IMG/VR virus record: IMGVR_UViG_3300016472_000141
Location: 1 to 26,153 of that record
DNA length: 26,153 nt
Source of the DNA: a virus
Taxonomy: Duplodnaviria > Caudoviricetes
Direction: 5' to 3' (one strand)
Each line of letters begins with the position of its first letter. The first letter of the stretch is position 1. A program made the translations under genes and the position numbers. This document shows, one piece after another, positions 8,047-16,953 of the stretch. Below the pieces are notes generated by a model. It had not been told where the DNA came from. It saw only the letters and a program-made list of their open reading frames with translations, and ran no database searches.

Positions 8047-9503
8047 GCACCTCCAGACGTGATCGGGCCGCCGCCACCGCCAGGCACCGCGCCGCCGCCG
8101 CTGGAGCTGGTCACCAAAGACGGAATCTGGTGCCAGCGCTCAACGACTTCCTCGATCAGCATCGTGTGCTCGATCTGCCGCTGCGTCGACGGGTCGCCGA
8201 TCCACCGCTTCTCGGCCCTCGACGTGTTGCTGACGATGTTCCAGCCGCTGCGCTGCACGTTGCCCGAGTTTCGCTGGTCGACGCCCTGGATGCCGGCGAC
8301 GCGCTCGTCGAACAGGCCCGCGTCGCCACTCTGGGCCTGCTGGCCGATGCGGTACTTCGGCGTGTCGTTGCCTATCACGACCACGGTCCTGTTCCAGACT
8401 CGCTCACGGACAGCCCAGCCAGGGTCGGCGTAGTAGGCGTATTCGCTCTGGTTGTGCACCGGCGTGTAGTCGATCTGCCGGGCCTCCCGAACAGTCACGG
8501 ACTCGTTGATCTCGACGATGCGGGCCGCCCCCGCCGGCTGATACAGGAACTGCACCGTCGCCGACAGCCGGCTGCTCGCCATGTCGAACCCCAGCTGCTC
8601 TCCGTCGATGGCGTAGACCTGCGGCACGAACATGGCAGCGAACCGCTGCTGAATGAAGTCGCGCACCTTCGTGTTGTAGATCGTGCGCGGGTCAGGCTGC
8701 GCCCCGCTCGGCGGGTTGCCGCTGTCGATGCGCAGCGTGCAGTCGAACGAGCAGACAACGCGGCGAAGACGGTAGATGCCCTGCCTGGAATCGCCAGGAT
8801 AGCTGCTTGTGTCGCTGAACCCGATGCGGTGGTCAACCACTTCCGGCACGTCGAGCGTCGCGCCCTGGTTGTAGATTATCTGCTTGTACGTTCGCCGGAA
8901 GTTGCACAGCGCGTTGTTGCGGTCGCGGTCGTAACTCTCGTCCACCAGCTCAAACGTCCGCCCAGAACCGACGGCCGTCAAAAGCGAGGTGGCCTCACTG
9001 TCGAACTGCGCTAGGTACTGCGCGACAGCACTCGTAGAGGCCGTCGCTGTGTACGTCCCCTGCATGCTGACCACCATCTGCCGATTGGAGCCGAGGTCTA
9101 CGTTGCATGTGAAGTCTCGGAGGCCGTTGCGGTCGTCGGCCGTCAGCTCGCCCGTCACCGTGCAGGTGTACAGGCGACTCGTTCCGCGGTCGTACGTCGG
9201 GTCGCCCGACTTGCTCGCGCTCGCGTAGACGTTGAACAGCGTCGTGCCGCTGGTGTACGTCCACGTCGCCAGACCGATCGCGATGACGAGGTTCTTGTCG
9301 CGCTTGCGGAACTCCGTTTCCAGAGTGTTTGACAGCGACTGGAGCTCACTGGCGGAACCAGCGGCAATCAACACGTCGAACTGAAGCCGCAGCGACGTGA
9401 AGGTCTTGTCGATGACGTACGCCCCGGTGAGCTGGTACGTGTTCGACGAGCCTCCGCAGGAGATGGTGCCGTAGTCGATCCGTAGTGGGTTGGTCAGCGC
9501 CAT
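8043..9503 (-). CDS. Distal tail (Dit)-like structural protein
   Basis: 486 aa, beta-rich with a RLQFDVLIAAGSASELQSLSNTLETEF strand-helix pattern; located between tape-measure-like and hub-like genes. Confidence 0.5.
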   Translation of the reverse strand: MALTNPLRIDYGTISCGGSSNTYQLTGAYVIDKTFTSLRLQFDVLIAAGSASELQSLSNTLETEFRKRDKNLVIAIGLATWTYTSGTTLFNVYASASKSGDPTYDRGTSRLYTCTVTGELTADDRNGLRDFTCNVDLGSNRQMVVSMQGTYTATASTSAVAQYLAQFDSEATSLLTAVGSGRTFELVDESYDRDRNNALCNFRRTYKQIIYNQGATLDVPEVVDHRIGFSDTSSYPGDSRQGIYRLRRVVCSFDCTLRIDSGNPPSGAQPDPRTIYNTKVRDFIQQRFAAMFVPQVYAIDGEQLGFDMASSRLSATVQFLYQPAGAARIVEINESVTVREARQIDYTPVHNQSEYAYYADPGWAVRERVWNRTVVVIGNDTPKYRIGQQAQSGDAGLFDERVAGIQGVDQRNSGNVQRSGWNIVSNTSRAEKRWIGDPSTQRQIEHTMLIEEVVERWHQIPSLVTSSSGGGAVPGGGGGPITSGGA

Positions 9504-9512
9504 GGTCCGTCT

Positions 9513-10127
9513 TTACCTCCCGACCGGCAGGTTGCGCACCGCCGACTCAATCGACCCGCTCACGCTTTCCGCCGTCGTCCTGCCGATCTTCTCTGCGGCC
9601 TGCTCGAGGGTCTGCCGGAAGCGGTCGTCCTTCTCGATCATCGTGCGGCCGATCTCCTCGTCGCGGCTCCACCTGTACAACTGGTCGCGCACCGAGAACG
9701 CCTGAGCCGGAATCTGTCCCTCTCGGCTGGCCTGCATCGCGAACATGCTCTGGATCTGCTCTCGCGTCCGGCCGGCGGCTCTCGCCTCGGCTCCGGCAGT
9801 GCCGAACAGGGCGGTCTCGATGCTCCTCCCGTACCCGCCGAGGCCCTCGTCGGCGATCGAGCCAAACGACTGAAACGTCGGGTCGAGCAGCCCGCCACGC
9901 AGCGTGTCGATCGCCAGCTTCGGCCCGGCAGCCAGGCGGGAGCCGATCGAGCCGCCGCCTTTTCCGGTGCCGCCGCCACCAGCTCCGCCGCCGCCACCAG
10001 CGCCGCCACCAGATCCTGCGCCGGCGCCGCCAGCTCCGGCTCCAGCGCCGTTGACCAGGTCGCCGAGCTGCTTCTTGGCGGTCTCGGTGTCGAGCACGAC
10101 TCGGATTTTCAGCTCTTGGTTGCTCAC
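9513..10127 (-). CDS. Short tape-measure-like protein B (204 aa, Gly-rich linker)
   Basis: N-terminus ELKIRVVLDTETAKKQL resembles TMP N-termini; Gly/Ala tract followed by a helical region; GTGA overlap with GGAG SD. Confidence 0.5.
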   Translation of the reverse strand: MSNQELKIRVVLDTETAKKQLGDLVNGAGAGAGGAGAGSGGGAGGGGGAGGGGTGKGGGSIGSRLAAGPKLAIDTLRGGLLDPTFQSFGSIADEGLGGYGRSIETALFGTAGAEARAAGRTREQIQSMFAMQASREGQIPAQAFSVRDQLYRWSRDEEIGRTMIEKDDRFRQTLEQAAEKIGRTTAESVSGSIESAVRNLPVGR

Positions 10128-10837
10128 TTGATGTCTCCCTGGTTGATCGAGAAATCCTCAGCCGTCAGCGGAAGCCCTCGAAGGTGCCGCATCAGCGTCG
10201 CCGTCCATTTCGGCCCGGCGCTGTCGTTCCAGGCGCGCGCGGCAGCCTTGGCCGTCGCCAGCAGCACGAGGTCAACCGTGCTATTGGCCTGGAAGTCCTG
10301 GCTGCGCATGAACTGCGCCCGACCGCGCATCTCGTCGCGCCAGTTGCGCAACTCCAGGTCGTAGATCGCCCGCGCAGCAGGCGTGAACCCGTTCTGCGCC
10401 ACGTACCGCAGCAGGTACGGATGCATCGAGGCTCTCGCCGCCAGCGCGGCCGCTGCGTCGGCAGGAGCGTCGCCGAGCGCTTCGTACTCCAGCTGCCAGC
10501 CCATGGACTCCAGCGTCCTCCCGCTCATTGCCCGGAGCGAGGCCAGCCCAGCCATCGCCGCCATAGCCGCTAGGGCACCCTGCGGCGTGGCTGCCATGCC
10601 GACCACGGATCGCCCGACAGTCGCCACCGCTCCGGCCAGCGCCGAACGGGACAACAGCTTCCGCAGCAGCCCAACCTTCAGCGCCTTCTTGACCAGGCCT
10701 CGGCCCTGCGGCGACTTGGTCCTCCGCGCTGGCGCGGCCGCGTCGTCCTCGGTGGTCCCGCCCTGCGACGACGGCGCGGCCCCAGGCTCGGGCATCCGCA
10801 CCTGGATCACCATGTCGTCGCGGTTACCCGGGCGCAT
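10124..10837 (-). CDS. Short tape-measure-like protein A (237 aa), paralogue of 9513..10127
   Basis: Ala-rich helical protein with a hydrophobic stretch; C-terminal half aligns by eye with the downstream gene; TGATG overlap. Confidence 0.45.
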   Translation of the reverse strand: MRPGNRDDMVIQVRMPEPGAAPSSQGGTTEDDAAAPARRTKSPQGRGLVKKALKVGLLRKLLSRSALAGAVATVGRSVVGMAATPQGALAAMAAMAGLASLRAMSGRTLESMGWQLEYEALGDAPADAAAALAARASMHPYLLRYVAQNGFTPAARAIYDLELRNWRDEMRGRAQFMRSQDFQANSTVDLVLLATAKAAARAWNDSAGPKWTATLMRHLRGLPLTAEDFSINQGDIK

Positions 10838-11622
10838 CAGACCACCCGGAAGCTGCCCACCACCGACGAGCTTGAAGCCTCGACCGCCGTCCCGCCGCGT
10901 GCGTTGTAGTCGGCGAAGATCCCGTACGTATTGCCGGCCGTCGCAGCGCCGGTGAACTCCAGGGCAGTCCCCGTGTACACCGTCGTGCCGTCGCTCGGCG
11001 AGATCGGCGCCGAGGTGCCAGCCTTTCGGACCAGCCGGAACTGCAGGAAGTCGAACCGCGCCTTGCAGTGGTCAGCCGACCACGTCCACTTCCCGCCGGC
11101 GTACTTCAGCCGTTGGGGGTGATCGTAGAACGGCTGCGCGGTGCACACCGCCTGCAGCATGGTCTGCTCCATCGCCAGATGGCGCGCGCCGTCCATCGCC
11201 GCCGGCGGCGACGTGCTGACGCCCTGCAGCACCACGCGGCATCCGTCGGCCCCGGTCAGCGCCTGCACGTACTGCCGCGCACGCGCCGACACCTCAGCGA
11301 CGCCCCGGTTGCCGGACCGAGTCAGCGCCGCGGCCGATCCGCCGATCAGCGCCATCTCGCCCATGCGGTCGCCGGCGACCAGCGCTCCGATCGTGACCGA
11401 GAACCGATGCGTCATGATGTCCGGGTGATCCGGGTCGAACTCGCCGCCGTCGATTCCGACGAGCGCCCACGGGTAGGCAATCGGCACCTGGTCGGGCGTC
11501 GGCATGCCCGCGAACACCGCCACCGATCCAGTCGCGCCGAACAGCAGCTGGCCGTCGGTCCCGTCCCAGACCGCCCGCTGGAGGACGTGCTTGACCTGCT
11601 GAGCAAACTGCCAGGGGTTCAC
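10837..11622 (-). CDS. Tail terminator (Mu gp37/K-like) with C-terminal FN3/Ig-like domain
   Basis: Start re-assigned to GTG 11622 (GTGA overlap). MNPWQFAQQVKHVL..YPWALVG..HRFSVTIG pattern; C-terminal RLVRKAGTSAPISPSDGTTVYTG..YGIFA. Confidence 0.5.
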   Translation of the reverse strand: MNPWQFAQQVKHVLQRAVWDGTDGQLLFGATGSVAVFAGMPTPDQVPIAYPWALVGIDGGEFDPDHPDIMTHRFSVTIGALVAGDRMGEMALIGGSAAALTRSGNRGVAEVSARARQYVQALTGADGCRVVLQGVSTSPPAAMDGARHLAMEQTMLQAVCTAQPFYDHPQRLKYAGGKWTWSADHCKARFDFLQFRLVRKAGTSAPISPSDGTTVYTGTALEFTGAATAGNTYGIFADYNARGGTAVEASSSSVVGSFRVV

Positions 11623-12191
11623 GCGACCCCCGACGGCCGCTGGCCGAGGAACGACGCCGAGGCTGCTTGCTGGCGCTGCTCCGCCTGCTCCCGCGCCAGG
11701 CGACGCTCCGACAGGCCGCCCATGCCCAGGAGCTCCTCGGTCGGATTCGCCGGCCTGCTGGCAGCCACGGCGTCCAAGGCGGCGTGCGCGAGCGCCTGCT
11801 CGTGCGCCCCCACCACGCCCCCAGGACCTCGACGGCCTGGCAGCGCGCGACTGACCCGGTCCAGCAGCTCGGCCTCGGCAGCCGCGTCGCCCTGCTGCGC
11901 ACGCAGGCCAAGATGCGCCGCCTCGGGGTCCCTGACCGCCCACCCCGCCGCGATCAGCACGTCCTGCAGCCAGGATTCGGCCAGGCCGGCCAGCGCCTCC
12001 TGCTGCGACTCCGACAACGACAGGAACCACGCCAACGGCTGCGGGCGGCCGGCGCGCAGCCAGCGCGTGTACCGCGGGCTGTCCAGGTCGACCGACTCCG
12101 GCTCTCGGCGACTCCGGCGAAGACACAGCGCCCCCAGAACCGCGCAAGCCAGCACGGCGAGCAGCTGCAGGACGTCGACGATCTCGTTCAT
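11619..12191 (-). CDS. Hypothetical protein with N-terminal membrane anchor (tail-chaperone position)
   Basis: Start re-assigned to ATG 12191 (ATGA overlap): MNEIVDVLQLLAVLACAVLGALCLRRSRR; 190 aa, helical. Confidence 0.7.
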   Translation of the reverse strand: MNEIVDVLQLLAVLACAVLGALCLRRSRREPESVDLDSPRYTRWLRAGRPQPLAWFLSLSESQQEALAGLAESWLQDVLIAAGWAVRDPEAAHLGLRAQQGDAAAEAELLDRVSRALPGRRGPGGVVGAHEQALAHAALDAVAASRPANPTEELLGMGGLSERRLAREQAEQRQQAASASFLGQRPSGVA

Positions 12192-12757
12192 GCGGGCACC
12201 AGGCGAAGGTCGCCGAGCCGGCCAATCGCCGCGACACGGCCATAGGCGTCCCGCGTGCACTCGAACGACATCGGGACACCCAGCTCCGTCGTCCGGCTCC
12301 ACATCAGGTCCGCACCCTCCTGCAGACTCGACACGGCGTTGTAGACGAACAGCGCCGGCACATGCAGCACGTCGTCGGGCACGTACAGGATTTTGACTCC
12401 TCGCGCCAAGGCCGAGTTCCCTGGGTTGAGCAACGACGGGAACAGCGCCACAGCGTGGCCAGTGTCCGCACCGACAGAAACCTGACCGCTGAAGAGCGCC
12501 GTGATCGCGTCGTCGTCCCAGCCGCGCAAGAAGCAGCTGAATGCATACCGGTTCGGGCCCTCAAGGACATCGCCAACCTCGCCGCTGCCCTCGTGGAAGA
12601 TCGGAATCGGCGACGACGTGCGCGCGAAGCGCACTTGGTTGACCTTGCCGACCTCCTTCCCGCCGAACGGGTAGGGGTTGGTGCTCGGCTCCAGTGTCGG
12701 GTTGATGACGATCCTGCCCGGCGCCCGGGCGATCTTGGCGCTGCTCGAGGAGACCAC
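12188..12757 (-). CDS. Putative tail tube protein
   Basis: 189 aa beta-rich; PGRIVI..GGKEVG..VRF..IFHEGSGEVGDV..FSCFLRGWDDDAITALF pattern typical of non-contractile tube proteins; GGAGG SD. Confidence 0.6.
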   Translation of the reverse strand: MVSSSSAKIARAPGRIVINPTLEPSTNPYPFGGKEVGKVNQVRFARTSSPIPIFHEGSGEVGDVLEGPNRYAFSCFLRGWDDDAITALFSGQVSVGADTGHAVALFPSLLNPGNSALARGVKILYVPDDVLHVPALFVYNAVSSLQEGADLMWSRTTELGVPMSFECTRDAYGRVAAIGRLGDLRLVPA

Positions 12758-12760
12758 CGG

Positions 12761-13351
12761 TCAGCCTCCCAAGGTGAGGTTCTGCGCGATCTCCGCGCCG
12801 ATGGTCTCGTTGATGTCGGCGATCGTCTGCTCACTCAAGCCGACAAACTGCCTGGGGCGAATCGTCGCCGTCAGCCGCTGGTCACGGAACCGCTTGTTCA
12901 GCAGCCAGCCGAGCTGCTTGTGCCACTGCTTTCCGGCACCCTTCAGCCATTTCCACAGGTTCTGCTGCACGGCCTCGGTGATCTTCTCGCTCTGCGTCTC
13001 GCCGCCGTCGTTCAGCGTCGCGGCGTACGGGAGGTTGGTGCCGACCTCCGTGGCGTTGCCGGCGACGCGAAACGCAATCGAGGCGGCAAGCCGGCCTGTG
13101 TCGCGCAGCGCCGGCCGAGCCTCGAAGCGCCTGGCCGGCGGTTTCTTGCCGGCGGCGAAGTCGGCAATCAGCGCGAAAACGTTCGGCACCTTGCGCGGCT
13201 GCCATTGCTTGCCGGCAAACTTCTGCTGCGCGAACGCCTCTTGGCTTTCGGCAACCATCAGCGCGCCGATCTGCTTCAGGATCTTGTCCGGGTTCGACAG
13301 GTTCGCCTGCACGCGGCGGACCTTGTCGCCAGGATCGACGGTGTCAGACAT
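12761..13351 (-). CDS. Phage virion morphogenesis protein (Mu gpG / P2 gpS-like)
   Basis: LKQIG..FAQQ..GKQWQP..LRDTGRLAASI..VGTNLPYAA..GG..IRPRQFVGLS. Confidence 0.9.
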   Translation of the reverse strand: MSDTVDPGDKVRRVQANLSNPDKILKQIGALMVAESQEAFAQQKFAGKQWQPRKVPNVFALIADFAAGKKPPARRFEARPALRDTGRLAASIAFRVAGNATEVGTNLPYAATLNDGGETQSEKITEAVQQNLWKWLKGAGKQWHKQLGWLLNKRFRDQRLTATIRPRQFVGLSEQTIADINETIGAEIAQNLTLGG

Positions 13352-15587
13352 CGGTGGCCGAGCTCCTGTCGAGTGGCAGATAGTTGGTGGGCAGACTGTC
13401 TGGGTCGCTCCACGGGCGTTTCTTCACCCCGTCTCGATCCCTGCGGCTTGCGACGAGGTCGCTGTTGGTTGTCGGCACGATGCGTGCACGGGACTGCGTC
13501 TTGCGCATCGCTGCCAGCATGCCGTCAGAGCCGAACACCTCGCCCCACTCGATCTTCGCGACGTTCGTGGCCGTTCCGCCGCGCGACCACAGCAGCGCGA
13601 TCACCGCGCGCTTGGCGGTCTCGACGTGAACGCGATCCGACGGGTCGTACGGCAGCTGCGCGTACGTCGGCCAAAGGTCGATAACGCCCTGCGCCGCGTC
13701 GTAGCCGACCGTCGTGTTGATCGTCGTGGCCGAACGGTCCCTGATGTTGGTCAAGCTCACTAGCGAGTCGCTGTCGTACGACCGCTCAATGGCCGACCAC
13801 AGCAGCTCGGCATTCGCAGTGACCGACGGCTGCACGATCGGCTCTGCGTCGTCCCACGTCAGGTTGTACGGGAACGAGTTGACCGTGACGTAGCTGGCGT
13901 AGTTGCCTCTCGTCAGCTTCGTCCCTCCGAGGTAGACCTCGGAGAACGTCAGGTCGTGCGGCGTGCTGATGGAGTCGCGGCCCAGGATCAGCGACGGCTG
14001 CTCAGGCACCGCCTCGGTCTCCACGTCATCGAACAGCACGTCGAAGATCTGGCCGGCGGCGTCCTGCGCGGGGACGCCGACGAACGGATATTGCACGTTT
14101 TGGAAGCACCACAGGCGCGAGTACATGCGGCCCCAGACGCGCAGGCCCTTGACGGTGATATTGTAATAGCCTTGGTCGGCCTGCGCGTTCGGCTTGTCCA
14201 CGAAACACGACACGATGCATTGGGTGCCTCGATTTGGATAGACGAGCGGGCCGTTGGTGTTGGCGTCTGCGTCGCCAAGGTTCATCGCGTCGCAGTCGAC
14301 GATGGTCGCGCCGCTGGAGTCGTTTACGTTGTTGCCGAAGTAGCCGACTTTGAAGCAGTTGGCGCGCCCCGCGACAATGAACGTGTTCTGAATCGTCATG
14401 CGGTGACTTGGCATAAACAGCTTGACGCCATCGTCTGCGCAGAAGGAGAACGAGTCGCAGACTAGAGCCACGTTGTCGGACAAGCTCTTGCGCCCCGGCT
14501 GGAATCCGTCGCTGTTGTAGGTCCACGGGTTGAGCCACTGCACGTTCCGCAGGTAGTGCGCGCCCCCGTACTGGAAGTAGTACGGCCACCGCACGAACGT
14601 TGGTCCAATGACGCGGCAGTTGACAGGCGACGTGCTGACAGTGTCCGTGGCGATCGGGCAGTACTTGACCGAGTTGGCAAACGACTGCACCTGCTCGGCG
14701 TTCGCTCGCTGTGCAAGGCTGGTGATGACACCATGACCCTGGATTGTGACGCCGCTCAGGTTGTTGCTGGCATTCAGGGCCGAAATGTCGAAGCCCGCAC
14801 GACGTGCCGCCAGGATGGTGAACGTCGAGCCGCTCGTCGGGTTGGTCGTCCAGTTCGGCGTGACGTTGAGCGTGTTGTTGGTGTTGGTCGTGATGGTGCG
14901 GACCTGTCCACTGCCCGTGCCACCAGTGATGCGGACTTCCGCGCCGTTGAACGCCCCAGCCGTCCACGGCGTACCGGTGACCGTCACCGAGCTAGCCGTC
15001 GCGCTCGCTGCGGTGCCCGTCACGTCAGGGTCGTTGAAGATGACGACCGCGCCACCCTGCACCGTCACCGTGCAGTTGTCGCCCAGCACAAAGCCTGGAG
15101 TGACAATGTGCACTCCCGGCGGGAAGTGCAGAGCCGCACCAGCGGCAACGCTGGTTTCGGTGGTGTACGCGACCGAGCCGCCCGGCAGCGCAGGCTGCGG
15201 CAGACTGACGAACAAGTGGAGCGGGCTGCGCCGGTCGCCGTTGATCTCGATGCGCAGCCGGCGATTGCTCGGCACGACGAGGCGCAGCTGTCCGTCGACG
15301 ATCGTCTGCGTCACCCCCGCATCGCGCGGATAAACCAATGCCTCGAAGATCGGGCCGTCGACCAGGTTGATCCGCGCGTCGACAGCTTCGTCAGCGCCGA
15401 TTGTGATCCAGTCGCACTGGACCTGATCCCCAATGTCCCACACCTCGTTCTCGCCCTGCGCCGCGAACGCCTGTCCGTAGACGAACAGGCCCGCGCTCTG
15501 TGCCGCGCCGACCGCCGCAGCCGTCATCGTGTACTTCTGGCTGCGGAGGCTATCCAGGCCTGGGCTGGCGTATGTGGTGACGGTCAT
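13344..15587 (-). CDS. GH49/GH28-like beta-helix polysaccharide depolymerase fused to a C-terminal gp36/DUF1320-like head-tail adaptor
   Basis: IEINGD..PLHLF, HFPPGVH, GGAVV, TIQGHGVI, WTYNSDG, DDGVKL motifs. The last ~165 aa (YDSDSLVSLTN..INTTVGYDAAQGVI) are helical and directly precede gpG. Confidence 0.7.
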   Translation of the reverse strand: MTVTTYASPGLDSLRSQKYTMTAAAVGAAQSAGLFVYGQAFAAQGENEVWDIGDQVQCDWITIGADEAVDARINLVDGPIFEALVYPRDAGVTQTIVDGQLRLVVPSNRRLRIEINGDRRSPLHLFVSLPQPALPGGSVAYTTETSVAAGAALHFPPGVHIVTPGFVLGDNCTVTVQGGAVVIFNDPDVTGTAASATASSVTVTGTPWTAGAFNGAEVRITGGTGSGQVRTITTNTNNTLNVTPNWTTNPTSGSTFTILAARRAGFDISALNASNNLSGVTIQGHGVITSLAQRANAEQVQSFANSVKYCPIATDTVSTSPVNCRVIGPTFVRWPYYFQYGGAHYLRNVQWLNPWTYNSDGFQPGRKSLSDNVALVCDSFSFCADDGVKLFMPSHRMTIQNTFIVAGRANCFKVGYFGNNVNDSSGATIVDCDAMNLGDADANTNGPLVYPNRGTQCIVSCFVDKPNAQADQGYYNITVKGLRVWGRMYSRLWCFQNVQYPFVGVPAQDAAGQIFDVLFDDVETEAVPEQPSLILGRDSISTPHDLTFSEVYLGGTKLTRGNYASYVTVNSFPYNLTWDDAEPIVQPSVTANAELLWSAIERSYDSDSLVSLTNIRDRSATTINTTVGYDAAQGVIDLWPTYAQLPYDPSDRVHVETAKRAVIALLWSRGGTATNVAKIEWGEVFGSDGMLAAMRKTQSRARIVPTTNSDLVASRRDRDGVKKRPWSDPDSLPTNYLPLDRSSATDV

Positions 15588-15600
15588 GGTGCCACTCTGG

Positions 15601-16932
15601 TTACGGGTCTGCGATCGTCGGCGTTCCGCTGCTCGGCAGGTAGCCGAGACCGGACAGCCAAAGGTAGTACTGGAGCTTCGCGGTCGCAGGCGCGCCGCCG
15701 GTGTCCGTCACCGTGTAGCGGTCGTCCACCAAGCAGTTGGTCACCGTCGTGCCGGTCGGACGCACCGACCAGTACGTGCCGTCCACCAGCGTCCACGGCG
15801 CGAAGATCACGTCGTCGACCAGCAGGAATCCGCTCGTGCTGCTCGCCCAGCTGATCGAGACGGCGAACCCGTTCTGGTTGAATCGCTTCGGCCACAGGTT
15901 CTGCCCGATCGGGAGCAGCAGCTCCTGCCAGCCGGAGCCGAGCGCCGCGATCGTCACGTTCGTCGACTGGCTGCCGCAGGTGATTGTCACCGTGCCGCCA
16001 CTGGCCGTTCCGATCGTCTTGTTCAGCATCACCCGCAACAGGTACGGGCGGGTAAAGTCCAGCGACTGCACCCGCATCTGATCCAGCGTCTGCGTGATCG
16101 TCACTGTGCCGCCGCCGCCAGTGATCTTCAGGCTGGCGTCGGTCGCCGTGCCGGGCGCGCCGCGGTAGAAGTTGGTCGTGTCCTGACTCAGCGACGCGCC
16201 GCCAGCCGTCTCCGTCCAGCTGCTGAACTTCGGCGACGAGCTCGCGCTGTAGGAGCTGAACGTCGAGTTGTTCAGCAAACTTCCGCCCGTGCTGCTGCCA
16301 GCGTGCATCGCGATGATCGTGTTGCGCGTGTCGCCGGAGCCGAACGAGGCGCGCAGAAGGTTGTCCTGGCTGCGCGGCGCACCCAAGACCTCGAACGCCT
16401 CCGCGTGCTGCACGACGCCGGTGTTGCGGTCCTGCCGGCAGCGCAGCACCTTCGTCTCCACCGTGCAGGCCTCCAGCGGAAAGTTGTTCTCGTCCACCGT
16501 CAGGCGCGAGACGCTGTAGTTGCCGACGTTGCTGCCGCCGGCCGACGCCGACCCGAACGTGATCGTCCGCGACTTGATCGTCTTCGATCCCGCGACGTAG
16601 AACTCGTACAGCGCGCGAGCCAGCTGCTGCGGCGTGCTGTAGTTGGCGCCGAGGCCAGAGGACAGAAGCGGCGCGTACTCGTAGAGCACGGGCTCCATGA
16701 TCGACCGCGCAACCTGCGGGTCGAGCAGCGACGAGAACGCCGCACGCGCCTGCCGCGTCACCTGCGGCAGGTAGACGGGCAGGTACTCACCCTCGACGTT
16801 CTGCTCGACGAGGTCCAGCAGCCCGCCACCGTTGGCCAGCGTGCCGTCCGCGTAGTTGCGGATCGACTCCAGCATGTTGACCGCGTTCTTCCACTGCGTC
16901 TGGATCTCTGCTTCGGTAGGGGTGCCGGACAT
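15601..16932 (-). CDS. Virion structural protein with CBM/galactose-binding-like domain
   Basis: 443 aa Ser/Thr/Gly-rich; LLNNSTF..W..SLKITG..WQELLL..VDDVIF jelly-roll pattern; GAGGAG SD. Confidence 0.6.
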   Translation of the reverse strand: MSGTPTEAEIQTQWKNAVNMLESIRNYADGTLANGGGLLDLVEQNVEGEYLPVYLPQVTRQARAAFSSLLDPQVARSIMEPVLYEYAPLLSSGLGANYSTPQQLARALYEFYVAGSKTIKSRTITFGSASAGGSNVGNYSVSRLTVDENNFPLEACTVETKVLRCRQDRNTGVVQHAEAFEVLGAPRSQDNLLRASFGSGDTRNTIIAMHAGSSTGGSLLNNSTFSSYSASSSPKFSSWTETAGGASLSQDTTNFYRGAPGTATDASLKITGGGGTVTITQTLDQMRVQSLDFTRPYLLRVMLNKTIGTASGGTVTITCGSQSTNVTIAALGSGWQELLLPIGQNLWPKRFNQNGFAVSISWASSTSGFLLVDDVIFAPWTLVDGTYWSVRPTGTTVTNCLVDDRYTVTDTGGAPATAKLQYYLWLSGLGYLPSSGTPTIADP

Positions 16933-16953
16933 GTGTGCTCCTCAGTTGGTCAG

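Noticed and set aside
9513-10837. One tape-measure gene broken by a frameshift
   Set aside because: The downstream gene has its own SD, coupled start and TMP-like N-terminus, and the two proteins appear paralogous rather than consecutive halves.
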